Shown here in pieces: positions 1 to 9,157 of a stretch of DNA of 64,000 nucleotides. The DNA is from Chloroflexota bacterium (GTDB lineage Bacteria; Chloroflexota; UBA11872). The notes below the pieces were generated by a model. That model worked only from the letters and a program-made list of their open reading frames with translations, was not told the origin of the DNA and searched no databases. The translations under genes and the position numbers were made by a program. Positions within the stretch are counted from its first letter, which is position 1. The number at the start of each line of letters is the position of its first letter. The DNA is taken from positions 20,715-84,714 of the forward strand of contig JAPPLN010000008.1 in NCBI GenBank assembly GCA_028874175.1. The letters are read 5' to 3'.

Positions 1-1089
1 TAGCGAGGCGCGCAGGTAGTTGGCGTTGAGCACGGCGTCGTCGGCGGCCTCGCGCAGCCCTTCGGCACCGAGCGAGCGAATGTAGGTGTAGGCGCGCACC
101 AGATTGCCGAAGTTACCGAGATGGCTGTGCACGCGCCCGATGCTGGTGGGTGGAGGATCAGCCAGCTCGAATACCTCGCCGTTCCGAACCACACGCGGTC
201 CGGGCAGGAACGGCTCGAGGTGCGCCTGGACGGCGAGCGCGCCAGCGCCGGGACCGCCGCCACCGTGGGGCGTGCTGAAGGTTTTATGTAAATTCAGATG
301 CATCACGTCGATGCCCAGGTCCGCCGGTCTGACGCGGCCGAGCATGGCGTTCATGTTGGCGCCGTCGCAGTAGACCTGCGCGCCGGCGGCGTGGACGAGC
401 TCAACGACCTCAAGGATGCGGCGCTCGAAGAGCCCGAGGGTGCTGGGCAGGGTGAGCATGATGGCCGCCGCGCCGGGACCCAGGCGCTCCTTGAGGTTCT
501 GCAGATCGATGCCGCCGTCGTCGGCGGTGGGCAGGCTAATGACCTCAAGGCCACTCATTGTTCCCGTGGCGGGATTGGTGCCATGCGCGGAGTCAGGTAC
601 CAAGACCTGGGTTCGGGCTTCCCCACGCGACTGGTGCCAGGCCAGGATGCTCAGGAGGCCGCAAAGTTCGCCCTGCGAGCCAGCGGCGGGCTGAGTGGAG
701 ACGGCGGGGAAACCGGTGATCGAGGCCAGCAAGGCTTCGAGTTCGTAGATCAACTCCAGGGCACCCTGGGCCGTTGCGGGCGGCTGGCAAGGGTGGATAT
801 CGGCCAGGCCCGGGGTGCGGGCTGTGACCTCGTTGACCTTGGGGTTGTACTTCATGGTGCAGGAACCCAGCGGATACATGGCGGTGTCCACGCTGTGGTT
901 CTTGTGCGAGAGGCGGAGAAAGTGGCGCATGACGTCGATTTCGGAGGCCTCGGGCAGCGGCAGGTCGGTCCGGAGTTCCGACGTTGGCAAGGCCTCGGTC
1001 GGATCGACGGGCTCGAATTGCGGCAAGGGGGCACGTACGCCGCGGCGACCGGGGCTGGAGAGGTCGTAAATCAGGGGTTCGTCGGTCAT
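1..1089 (-). CDS. gcvPB: Glycine dehydrogenase (decarboxylating) subunit 2; 3' end runs off the window
   Basis: Not in the ORF track. Reverse translation from ATG 1089 (ATGA overlap with the gcvPA stop) gives MTDEPLIYDLSSPGRRG...MYPLGSCTMKYNPKVNE...HLNLHKTFSTPHGGGGPG (PLP lysine motif). Confidence 0.95.
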   Translation of the reverse strand, partial: MTDEPLIYDLSSPGRRGVRAPLPQFEPVDPTEALPTSELRTDLPLPEASEIDVMRHFLRLSHKNHSVDTAMYPLGSCTMKYNPKVNEVTARTPGLADIHPCQPPATAQGALELIYELEALLASITGFPAVSTQPAAGSQGELCGLLSILAWHQSRGEARTQVLVPDSAHGTNPATGTMSGLEVISLPTADDGGIDLQNLKERLGPGAAAIMLTLPSTLGLFERRILEVVELVHAAGAQVYCDGANMNAMLGRVRPADLGIDVMHLNLHKTFSTPHGGGGPGAGALAVQAHLEPFLPGPRVVRNGEVFELADPPPTSIGRVHSHLGNFGNLVRAYTYIRSLGAEGLREAADDAVLNANYLRASL

Positions 1090-2441
1090 TGGGTCTGCGC
1101 CCAGGCGGATGCCAGCGCTTCGACGTCGTCGGCCGTGGTCAGCTCTGTTGCGGCCACCAGAATCAAGTCGTCAAACGTTGGCGACACGCAGCCAAGGTCG
1201 ATTCCCGCAAGAACGTTGCCCTCCTTGCGCAGGCGTTCCAACCGAGCGGCCGCGCCCCCCGGCGCATGGACCGCGAATTCATTGACGTACGGGGCATCGG
1301 AGGCAATCACGGCTCCGGCGCCGGCCAGAGCCTCGGCCGCGCGATGAGCCGCGGTCAGGGATTGCTCCGCGATTTCGCGGAGACCACGACGGCCCAGCGC
1401 GCAGAGCGAGATTGTGGCGCCCAGCGTCACCAGCGCCTGGTTGGTCGTGATATTGGACGTGGCGCGTTCGCGTCGAATGTGCTGTTCGCGCGTCTGCAAG
1501 GTCAGGACGAAGGCGTTCTTGCCGTCCAGGTCCATCGTCCGACCGGCGATTCGACCCGGAACGCGGCGAATCAACTCTGACCGGACGGCGAACATGCCGG
1601 CGCCAGGCCCACCGTAGGCTGGAGGACCGGCCAGCGAGCGCAGTTCGCCGACCACGATGTCGGCGCCGAGATCGCCGAGCGGAACCAGCAGACCCAACGA
1701 AACCGGATCGCCGACAACGACCACGACGCGGGCGCCATGTTCGCGCGCGGCCTGTATGACCGGGTCAGGGTCAACCACCATGCCCAGGAAGTCCGGGCGC
1801 TGGATTACCACGCAACTCGTCTGGTCGTCGATGGCGTTGACGAGCGGCTGAAGATCTGGCCGAACGCTTGTTGCATCACGGCAGGCAGCCGAAACGACAT
1901 GGAGGTCGACGTCGAGCGCACTGACATATGTCGCGGCTACGTCTCGATAGGCCGGATGCACGGTGTCCGCGATGACGACACGCGGGCGGCGGGTGAGGCC
2001 CCGACACAGCAGCACGGCCTCGGCCAGCGCCGAGGCGCCGTCATACAACGAGGCATTCGACACATCCATGCCCGTGAGGTCACAGACCAGCGACTGAAAC
2101 TCGTACATGGCCTGCAACGTGCCCTGAGCCATTTCCGGCTGGTACGGCGTATAGGCCGTGTACCACTCCGATCGAAGTAGCTGCTGGTCGACCAGCGCCG
2201 GCACGAAATGACGGTAGAAACCGGCACCGAGAAACGAAGGAAGATCACTGGACGTTGCGTTGCGCGCGCCAAGCTCCGCGAGATGGCGAATGACATCGGT
2301 TTCCGGGAGCGCCGGGGGCAGGTCCAGCGTGGGGTCGCGGTGCTGGACCGGAATGTCTACGAAAAGGTCATCGATGGATTCGACACCAACCGTCCGCAGC
2401 ATCGCGGCCCGATCGGCGTCGGTATTAGGCGCGTAGCTCAT
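1086..2441 (-). CDS. gcvPA: Glycine dehydrogenase subunit 1
   Basis: FLGAGFY, YTAYTPYQPEMAQG, NASLYDGASALAEA and TREQHIRRERATSNI motifs. Confidence 0.97.
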   Translation of the reverse strand: MSYAPNTDADRAAMLRTVGVESIDDLFVDIPVQHRDPTLDLPPALPETDVIRHLAELGARNATSSDLPSFLGAGFYRHFVPALVDQQLLRSEWYTAYTPYQPEMAQGTLQAMYEFQSLVCDLTGMDVSNASLYDGASALAEAVLLCRGLTRRPRVVIADTVHPAYRDVAATYVSALDVDLHVVSAACRDATSVRPDLQPLVNAIDDQTSCVVIQRPDFLGMVVDPDPVIQAAREHGARVVVVVGDPVSLGLLVPLGDLGADIVVGELRSLAGPPAYGGPGAGMFAVRSELIRRVPGRIAGRTMDLDGKNAFVLTLQTREQHIRRERATSNITTNQALVTLGATISLCALGRRGLREIAEQSLTAAHRAAEALAGAGAVIASDAPYVNEFAVHAPGGAAARLERLRKEGNVLAGIDLGCVSPTFDDLILVAATELTTADDVEALASAWAQTQ

Positions 2442-2811
2442 TCACTAGCTGTTCGTATGCCTGGGCGTCGAGCAGCGTGTCACGCTCGCTCGGGTCGCTG
2501 GCGGCCAACCGGATCATCCAGCCAGCGGCGTACGGATCTTCGTTAATCAGTTCGGGCTGCGCCTCAAGCTCCTCGTTGACATCGAGGATTTCGCCAGACA
2601 TCGGGACATAGAGGGGCGAAACGGCCTTGACCGACTCGACGGTTCCAAACTCGTCTCCCGCAGCGAAACTCTCGCCCGGCGTCGGCAACTCGACATACAC
2701 GACATCCCCGAGCTCTTCCTGCGCATAGGCCGTAATGCCAACGAGCAAGTGGTCGCCTTCGTCGCGAACCCACTCGTGTTCGCGCGTGTAGCCAAGGTCG
2801 TCTGGGTACAT
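2425..2811 (-). CDS. gcvH: Glycine cleavage system H protein
   Basis: YTREHEWV, GITAYAQEELGDVVYV and the lipoyl motif VESVKAVS. Start moved to ATG 2811 (MYPDDL). Confidence 0.96.
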   Translation of the reverse strand: MYPDDLGYTREHEWVRDEGDHLLVGITAYAQEELGDVVYVELPTPGESFAAGDEFGTVESVKAVSPLYVPMSGEILDVNEELEAQPELINEDPYAAGWMIRLAASDPSERDTLLDAQAYEQLVNELRA

Positions 2812-2846
2812 GAACTCACCGGGGACAAGCAAACAGGACTAAGGTC

Positions 2847-2854
2847 TAGAATAT
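2847..2854. promoter_or_regulatory. Overlapping divergent -10-like hexamers (TAGAAT on +, TATTCT on -) between gcvH and mazG
   Basis: Sequence TAGAATAT in the ~50-nt divergent spacer of a GC-rich genome. Confidence 0.3.
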
Positions 2855-2862
2855 CGCAGCGC

Positions 2863-4113
2863 ATGGCGGCCACAGACCAATTCCATCTCTCATCGGTGAA
2901 TGTCCATGTGCATGTGGCATTCATACGTGAGGGTGACCGCAGATCCGTTGATTCCGCCGTTCCGACATTCACCGATCCGATAGTTTCCTGGGCGTCCATT
3001 GCCGCCGCCCAAGTGGCTGGTCAGTTGCCATGGCCGCCGGAGGCCGAAACCTGGAGACGTGCTCTCGAGGGGCTCGGAAGCACTCGCGCGGTCTACCTGG
3101 CACCCGGATATGGACCGGACGACGACCCGGGTGTTGCGGTTCTCCAGGATTTGGCGAGACGTGGAATCGTCAGCCTGACGCTTGGTCCAGAATCCTCGCC
3201 CGCCGTCGACGGCCCGACCGTCATGGGTGCGGCCGGCGGGGACTGGCGGCCCGCGCCCGGGATGCAGACCGTGGTGCGGGGCGTTGCCGACGATCGCGAA
3301 TTGAATGCCTGGCAGAGCCGGCTGCGGGCGGCGTACGGATCTGACGCGATTATTGAAGTCAAGCCCTGGTCCTGCTTGAGCTGGCAGAGCGACAGCCCGG
3401 TCAACACCACGCCGTTTCCGATGTCGCTGCGCGCTTTACCCACCGAGAAGTCGAGACTTCGCGACACCGATACGCTGCTCGATATCTTTCGCCAGCTCCG
3501 CGGGCCGGACGGCTGCCCGTGGGACAAGCAGCAGACTCACCGAACGCTGCGTCCCTACCTCGCGGAGGAAGCGCACGAGGCCCTGGCCGCGATCGAACGA
3601 GACGACGACGTGGCGATGGCGGACGAGTTCGGCGATGTGCTGGCGAACCTGGTCCTGCACGCGGAGATTGCCCGGCAGCGCGGCGGGTTTGACTGGCCGG
3701 ATGTGGTAGCGGCGATCAGCGCCAAGATGATTCGACGCCATCCCCACGTGTTCGGCGACGCACAGTTCGAAGCCCTGGAAGACCTACACTTGTCATGGGC
3801 CCAGATCAAGGCGGCCGAACGCGTCGGCGATCAGGGTCCGTTCGATGGCCTACCGGACTCGATGCCCAGCCTGACGTTTGCGAGATCGGCCGTGCGCGCG
3901 CTGCGCCGGGCCGGGCAGCCGCTGGACATGCCGAGTCTCAAAACAGCGACCCTTGCGGCGCTTGCGGCCGGGAGTGACGCAGAACGATTGGGCGACGCTC
4001 TCCTGTGGGTGGCCGCGCGCGCCGACGCGGCGGACGTTGATCCGGACATGGCGCTGCGAGACGCGAACGCTCGATTGCGAAAGCGGCTCGAGGACGATGA
4101 AGGTCGCAGCTAG
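2863..4113 (+). CDS. mazG: MazG-family nucleoside triphosphate pyrophosphohydrolase, YabN-like with a degenerate N-terminal domain
   Basis: LRGPDGCPWDKQQTH, EEAHE...DEFGDVL and KMIRRHPHVFG. Start uncertain; ATG 2863 chosen. Confidence 0.88.
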   Translation: MAATDQFHLSSVNVHVHVAFIREGDRRSVDSAVPTFTDPIVSWASIAAAQVAGQLPWPPEAETWRRALEGLGSTRAVYLAPGYGPDDDPGVAVLQDLARRGIVSLTLGPESSPAVDGPTVMGAAGGDWRPAPGMQTVVRGVADDRELNAWQSRLRAAYGSDAIIEVKPWSCLSWQSDSPVNTTPFPMSLRALPTEKSRLRDTDTLLDIFRQLRGPDGCPWDKQQTHRTLRPYLAEEAHEALAAIERDDDVAMADEFGDVLANLVLHAEIARQRGGFDWPDVVAAISAKMIRRHPHVFGDAQFEALEDLHLSWAQIKAAERVGDQGPFDGLPDSMPSLTFARSAVRALRRAGQPLDMPSLKTATLAALAAGSDAERLGDALLWVAARADAADVDPDMALRDANARLRKRLEDDEGRS

Positions 4114-4170
4114 ACCATGCACCGCAACCCGGGACGTCAGGACTGGTCTCGATTTGCTGGGTCGCGAGGG

Positions 4171-5448
4171 CTAATTCGTTGCGGTCGAGTCGAGTCCGTC
4201 GAGAACTTCGAGTGCGGCCGCAGCGACATGGAACGCGGACAGCAGGTGGTCCGCCGAAATCTCGCCGGGACCGGCCCGGGTGAGGAAGACGTATGGCACT
4301 CCCCGGGCGGCGAATACGTCGTGGTCGCCGCGCCCCACGCCAAAGTCGCGCGTGACGCGAAGATCCGTCCCGTCAGCCTCGAGTCGCTGATCGATCAGGG
4401 GCGCCACATCGTCGGAGGCGCCAAGCTGCAAGGGGCGGGAGCGCCCAGGGCGATCGAATGTAAGCACGGCGTCGATTGACGCGCGCTCGTCGTCTGAAAG
4501 GTGTGCCAGGTACCAGCGGCTGCCGACGTAGCCGCGATAGGTGGCGTCAAATGCGACAAAGGTGATCGAGTGCCTGGCGCTGACTTGATCGGCATGGCGC
4601 GCCAAGGCAAGCAGTAGCGCAAGTCCGTCGGCGTTGCCGCCATCGGAGTAGTCGCCCAACGGAGTGTCGGCCGGCGTGGCGAGGACGATCTGACGCCGCA
4701 GCGGTCCGGCCCGATGCCCGATCACATTGGCGCCCTCGAAGGACCGTGGCGGCGGCGAGACGTCCACCACGGCTTGCGGCTCGCCGCGCTCCAGGCGCTC
4801 GACCAGGTCCTCGCCCGCCTCCTCCGTCACGGAGACCACAGGGATACCGGAGGGTTGACTGAGCGTGCCGTAGAGCCATCCCGGCCTGTTGTTGTAGACG
4901 ATGACAGCCGTCGCGCCGGCGTCTTCCAGTAGCCGGCCGATGACACGAAAGGGCGTGACACCCCGAGCGATTAGCACCACGGCTCCGTCGTAGCCCGAGC
5001 CGCGCAGCACGCCCTCGTCGTCGACGTCCGCCTGTCGGAGCGGGCCCTCGACCACGCCGACGGCCGAGTAGATCATGCCCGCGGCGAGCACAAAGTCGCC
5101 GTCCACCCGCAGGCTCACGGAGGGCAGACCGCGACCGAGGGCCAGGAATTCTCGACGTTCGACGTCGAGTCCGAGCGCATCGATAGACCGAGCGAGGGCG
5201 TTTCCAAGTGCCGACGTTCGCAGCGACGCGGTTGCATCCAGTCGCGCCAGCCTTTCCGTGTCGGCCATCAGGCTCACGCGCAGCTGTCGGTCGTCGACTA
5301 ACGCCTCCGACAGGTCGACCTGGGGTTCATCGCCGGCCGCAACGACCATCGCCTGGGGCAGTTCGCTTGATTGAACCGCAGCGCCGCACGCGACGGTAGC
5401 CATTGCTGCCGCTGCAATGAACGTACGCCGGGTCAGACGTCGCACCAT
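4171..5448 (-). CDS. Tat lipoprotein with PA domain and M28 aminopeptidase-like domain (catalytic residues degenerate)
   Basis: TRRTFI twin-Arg and VACG lipobox; PA-domain LIARG...GATAVIVYNN; M28-like ANVIG...GS.WY...DH. ATG 5448 lies 5 nt after a TAGAAT hexamer. Confidence 0.75.
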   Translation of the reverse strand: MVRRLTRRTFIAAAAMATVACGAAVQSSELPQAMVVAAGDEPQVDLSEALVDDRQLRVSLMADTERLARLDATASLRTSALGNALARSIDALGLDVERREFLALGRGLPSVSLRVDGDFVLAAGMIYSAVGVVEGPLRQADVDDEGVLRGSGYDGAVVLIARGVTPFRVIGRLLEDAGATAVIVYNNRPGWLYGTLSQPSGIPVVSVTEEAGEDLVERLERGEPQAVVDVSPPPRSFEGANVIGHRAGPLRRQIVLATPADTPLGDYSDGGNADGLALLLALARHADQVSARHSITFVAFDATYRGYVGSRWYLAHLSDDERASIDAVLTFDRPGRSRPLQLGASDDVAPLIDQRLEADGTDLRVTRDFGVGRGDHDVFAARGVPYVFLTRAGPGEISADHLLSAFHVAAAALEVLDGLDSTATN

Positions 5449-5517
5449 GAGCGATTCTATTCGGGCGCGACCATGGGTCTGTGACAATCAGACCAAACGA
5501 CGCCCCCGGGACCGTGT

Positions 5518-6423
5518 GTGGCTAACGCGAATCGGACGCTGACCGCGCTTCCGGGTATTCGCGTGGGTCACTGGACACATGCGGCGGCCGGAACCGGCTG
5601 TACCGTGGTGCTGTTCGACCGGGCGGTGCCGGCTGCCGTGGATGTTCGCGGATCGGCCCCCGGGACCCGCGAGACGGACGCGCTGCATCCGGGCGGGCTG
5701 GTTGGGCAGGCCGACGCTATTCTCTTGACCGGCGGCAGCGCGTATGGATTGGCTGCGGCCGACGGAGTGATGCGCTACCTGGAAGCTAGAGGTCGCGGGT
5801 TCGCCACGAGCGCCGGGCCTGTGCCGATCGTGCCAGGGGCCGTGATTTACGACTTGTCGGTCGGCGATCCGTCGGTCCGCCCGGACGCCGCCGCGGGCGA
5901 GGCAGCCGCCGATGCGGCATCCACAAACCCTGTTTCGCAAGGGAACGTGGGCGCGGGAACCGGGGCCACCATTGGTTTCGGCGATGGCTGTCTGAAGGGC
6001 GGCCTTGGCAGCGCGCTGTTGCGCGACGTCGATGTCCTGGCGGGCGCCCTGGCGGTTGTGAACCCGGCAGGCGCCGTCCATGATCCGAACACCGGGCGCC
6101 AACTGGCCGCGGCTTCGAGCACAACCCGTTCGGGATTCGGACAGAACACGACGATCGGCGTTGTGGCCGTGAACGCCGCGTTGGAGCGCTGGCAGCTTCG
6201 GAAAATTGCCGAAATGTCGCACGACGGCCTGGCGCGGGCCGTGCGCCCGGCCCACGGTATGTCCGACGGCGACACAATCTTCGCGGTATCGGTAGGCGCC
6301 AGAGCGGAGAACGTCGATCTCACTACCGTGGGTCACGCTGCCGCCGAGGCGTTCTCGGCCGCTGTCGTGCAAGGCGCGCTACGGGCGCGGCCTGCGTATG
6401 GACTGCCGGCGGCCCAGGCATGA
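5518..6423 (+). CDS. P1/DmpA (S58) family peptidase
   Basis: GIRVGHWT, DVRGSAPGTRETD, LTGGSAYGL, GNVGAGTGAT, NTTIG and DGDTIF. Confidence 0.9.
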   Translation: MANANRTLTALPGIRVGHWTHAAAGTGCTVVLFDRAVPAAVDVRGSAPGTRETDALHPGGLVGQADAILLTGGSAYGLAAADGVMRYLEARGRGFATSAGPVPIVPGAVIYDLSVGDPSVRPDAAAGEAAADAASTNPVSQGNVGAGTGATIGFGDGCLKGGLGSALLRDVDVLAGALAVVNPAGAVHDPNTGRQLAAASSTTRSGFGQNTTIGVVAVNAALERWQLRKIAEMSHDGLARAVRPAHGMSDGDTIFAVSVGARAENVDLTTVGHAAAEAFSAAVVQGALRARPAYGLPAAQA

Positions 6424-7181
6424 GCCGCCTGGTCGCATTGCTAACCGACTTTGGGACAGACGACCCGTATGCCGGGCAAGTGGCCGCGGTTCTCGCTGCA
6501 AATTCGGACGCACAGATTGTGAGCCTGACGCACGGCGTGCCTGCGCATCACGTACATCTCGGCGCGTCCATCGTCGACGCCTCGCTTGAGCTTCTACCGA
6601 CCGGAGGCGTGCTGCTGGCGGTGGTCGATCCAGGCGTGGGAACGGAGCGGCGCGGACTGATCGTGCGACGCGACGATCGCTGGCTGGTCGGACCCGACAA
6701 TGGCTTGCTGACGCCTACTCGGGGTGACATTCAGTGCTGGTCCATCGACCGACCGGAGGCCTGGCGGGATACGGTGGCACCGACGTTTCACGCCCGCGAC
6801 ATCTTTGCGCCCATAGCCGCGCGCCTGGCGAATTACGAACGCCCCGACTGGCTCGGCTCGACAGTCCAGGATCCGGTACGAGTCAACCGGCCATCCGCGT
6901 GCTCTGATGGACCGAACATCAGAGGCGAGGTTATTCACGTTGACGCTTTTGGCAACCTAATCACAAACATACCGGCCGCGTTGGTGCAGACTGCCCACAT
7001 GCTCGAAACTCAAGTCAGCGACGCGCGCATCCGGGGCTTGGCCGCGACATACGGAACCGGTCACGAGCCCGTCGCCCTGATTGGAAGCTGGAACCTGCTG
7101 GAGATCGCGGTGCCGGGCGGATCGGCCGCCCAGAGGCTTGGCTGTCGCATCGGTGACGTCGTGACGGTCAAGCGCCAATGA
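6420..7181 (+). CDS. DUF62 SAM hydroxide adenosyltransferase (chlorinase/fluorinase superfamily)
   Basis: LLTDFG, VVDPGVGTERR, GPDNGLL, TFHARDIF, HVDAFGNLITN and LEIAVPGGSA. Confidence 0.9.
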   Translation: MSRLVALLTDFGTDDPYAGQVAAVLAANSDAQIVSLTHGVPAHHVHLGASIVDASLELLPTGGVLLAVVDPGVGTERRGLIVRRDDRWLVGPDNGLLTPTRGDIQCWSIDRPEAWRDTVAPTFHARDIFAPIAARLANYERPDWLGSTVQDPVRVNRPSACSDGPNIRGEVIHVDAFGNLITNIPAALVQTAHMLETQVSDARIRGLAATYGTGHEPVALIGSWNLLEIAVPGGSAAQRLGCRIGDVVTVKRQ

Positions 7182-7297
7182 TTAAGTCGCACCGACTGAT
7201 GCCTGCGGCAGGGTGGCGCACTTGCGCGATGCCGGCAGTAGTACCCGTTCCGGCACCACGCCGCGCATTCGCCGGCTAGGGGGATTGGAGCGACCGC

Positions 7298-7927
7298 ATG
7301 CTGCTTCGTCTGGCCCAGGATCCACAGCTCTTTCTCATCGTTGCCATCGCATTCGTCATCGCGATCACCCTGCACGAAGCCAGCCACGCGCTGGTGGCGA
7401 CCTGGCTGGGGGACGACCTGCCGCGCCTTCAAGGGCGGGTGACGTTGAACCCGCTACGGCACCTTGACTTCCTCGGCACGGTCATGATCCTGATCGCCTC
7501 GTTCGGCTGGGGACGTCCGGTACTGGTCAATCCCTACCGTCTGCGGTTTGGCTCGCATCGCGGCATGGCTTTGGTCGCCGCCGCCGGACCGGCATCGAAT
7601 GTGGCGCTGGCACTCGTGCTCGCGCCAGTCGCCCGGGAGCTTGCGTCCGGTTCAGGGACGGATCTCATCACTGTCGCCGTGGTGCTGATCATCCAGTTGA
7701 ACCTTTTCCTCGCCGTGTTCAACCTCATTCCGCTGCCTCCACTCGATGGGTTCAGCGTGCTGATCGGCCTGGTCCCGCGTGAAACGGCCAATCGGTTGGA
7801 CGGATTACGGAGGTATGGACCCGGACTCCTGATTGGACTCTTTCTGCTGATCGCCTTCGTGCCGGGAGCCACCGGTATTATCAGCGGCCCGGTGCTTGGG
7901 GCCACGAGGCTGCTCCTTGGGGGTTAG
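7298..7927 (+). CDS. Site-2 protease (M50 family)
   Basis: HEASH zinc motif, TLNPLRHLD, AAGPASN, NLIPLPPLDG; hydrophobic; GGAG RBS. Confidence 0.93.
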   Translation: MLLRLAQDPQLFLIVAIAFVIAITLHEASHALVATWLGDDLPRLQGRVTLNPLRHLDFLGTVMILIASFGWGRPVLVNPYRLRFGSHRGMALVAAAGPASNVALALVLAPVARELASGSGTDLITVAVVLIIQLNLFLAVFNLIPLPPLDGFSVLIGLVPRETANRLDGLRRYGPGLLIGLFLLIAFVPGATGIISGPVLGATRLLLGG

Positions 7928-8405
7928 CTACCGGCTACGGCAGGCGCTGGCGTTCTTCGATCCGCGCGTTCCGGCGAGTTCACGCGATGAGGCCATGCAG
8001 CGGCTGAACGAGGATGAGCGGACGCTGTTTCAGCGCCTCAACTCGGCCGATCAACGCCATGCGCTGGCCGTGTATGAAGCGGCTCGGAACGTCCGGCCTG
8101 AGGACGAGGTGCTGCACATAGCCGCGCTGCTCCACGACGTCGGAAAGGGTCGGCCAGGATTGGCGGATCGCACGGGTCTCGCGCTCATTAAAGCCTTGGC
8201 ACCATGGCTGCTGCTGCGCTGGCAACTCTGTTCGCCCACGTCGCGACGGGGACGAATCGCCCGCCTCGTTGGCGATACCGAAGCCAGCGCGCGCCTTGCC
8301 GAACTGGCCGGATCTCGAGCGGATGTGGTGGAGACGCTGCGCTGCTACGGCTTTCGCGAACACGAACGCGGACGACGGTTGGCTGAACTGGACGCCGGGC
8401 TGTGA
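7917..8405 (+). CDS. Small HD-domain protein
   Basis: DQRH...AALLHDVGK. Start uncertain (TTG 7917). Confidence 0.7.
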   Translation: MGVSYRLRQALAFFDPRVPASSRDEAMQRLNEDERTLFQRLNSADQRHALAVYEAARNVRPEDEVLHIAALLHDVGKGRPGLADRTGLALIKALAPWLLLRWQLCSPTSRRGRIARLVGDTEASARLAELAGSRADVVETLRCYGFREHERGRRLAELDAGL

Positions 8406-9157
8406 CCGCGACCTGGGGACCTGTCGGGCAGGCCAGCGCGCTGGGCGGCTTCGAGATTGATATCGACGACTTCGAGGGGCCGCTCGATCTCCTTGTTCAA
8501 TTGATTGAGAAGCAAGGTCTTGACATCACGGGAGTCTCGGTGCTTGCCGTCACGGACCAGTTCGTTTCCTACGCTCACCAGCTGCACGAGCAGTTTGCTG
8601 AGGCGGCCTCCGAGTTTCTTCTCGTCGCGTCGCGTCTGGCGCTGCTGAAGTCACGAGCGCTGCTTCCGCAAGTCGAGCCCGAGGATGAGGACGAGTCGGT
8701 CGACGACCTCGCGGAGCGCCTTCGGGTGTACGCGGCCTTTAAGGCAGTGGCCATGGACCTCGACGCACGCCTGCGCGCCGGCGAGTCGTCGTTCATTCGG
8801 GTTGCACAGCCGAGCCTTCCCCAGCCGTCCCCCGAACCGGGCACCGGTGACCTGATGCGGCTGCTCACGGCGCTGGAGCGATTGACCCAAGTCGATACGC
8901 CCGTCGAGTCGCTCATCGAAGCGCCAACACGGCGATTTCGTGTGGCAGATAAGGTGCAGGATCTGCAAGCCAGGTTGAGATTGGACGGAACGCTGGCCTT
9001 CGACACGATCGCGGCCGCCTGCGCCGACCGCGCCGAACTCATCGCCACGTTTGTCGCCGTGCTTCACCTAGTCAAACAGCGTGCGGCAACCGTCGAGCAG
9101 TCGGGAACCTTTGGATCCATCGTACTCAGATCCACTCGCGGGCATGGCGACGGATAG
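8402..9157 (+). CDS. scpA: Segregation and condensation protein A
   Basis: FEGPLDLLVQLI, KSRALLP, TFVAVLHL...EQSGTFG. Confidence 0.92.
   Translation: MTATWGPVGQASALGGFEIDIDDFEGPLDLLVQLIEKQGLDITGVSVLAVTDQFVSYAHQLHEQFAEAASEFLLVASRLALLKSRALLPQVEPEDEDESVDDLAERLRVYAAFKAVAMDLDARLRAGESSFIRVAQPSLPQPSPEPGTGDLMRLLTALERLTQVDTPVESLIEAPTRRFRVADKVQDLQARLRLDGTLAFDTIAAACADRAELIATFVAVLHLVKQRAATVEQSGTFGSIVLRSTRGHGDG

Noticed and set aside
298-1347. 349-aa + strand ORF
   Set aside because: Antisense shadow of gcvPB/gcvPA; no motifs, and typical of high-GC codon bias.
6420-7181. Possible fluorinase or chlorinase
   Set aside because: It retains the Asp/Arg/His pattern (VVDPG, ERR, TFHARD) of DUF62 SAM hydrolases rather than the TFYSR-type fluorinase motif, and there is no biosynthetic cluster context.
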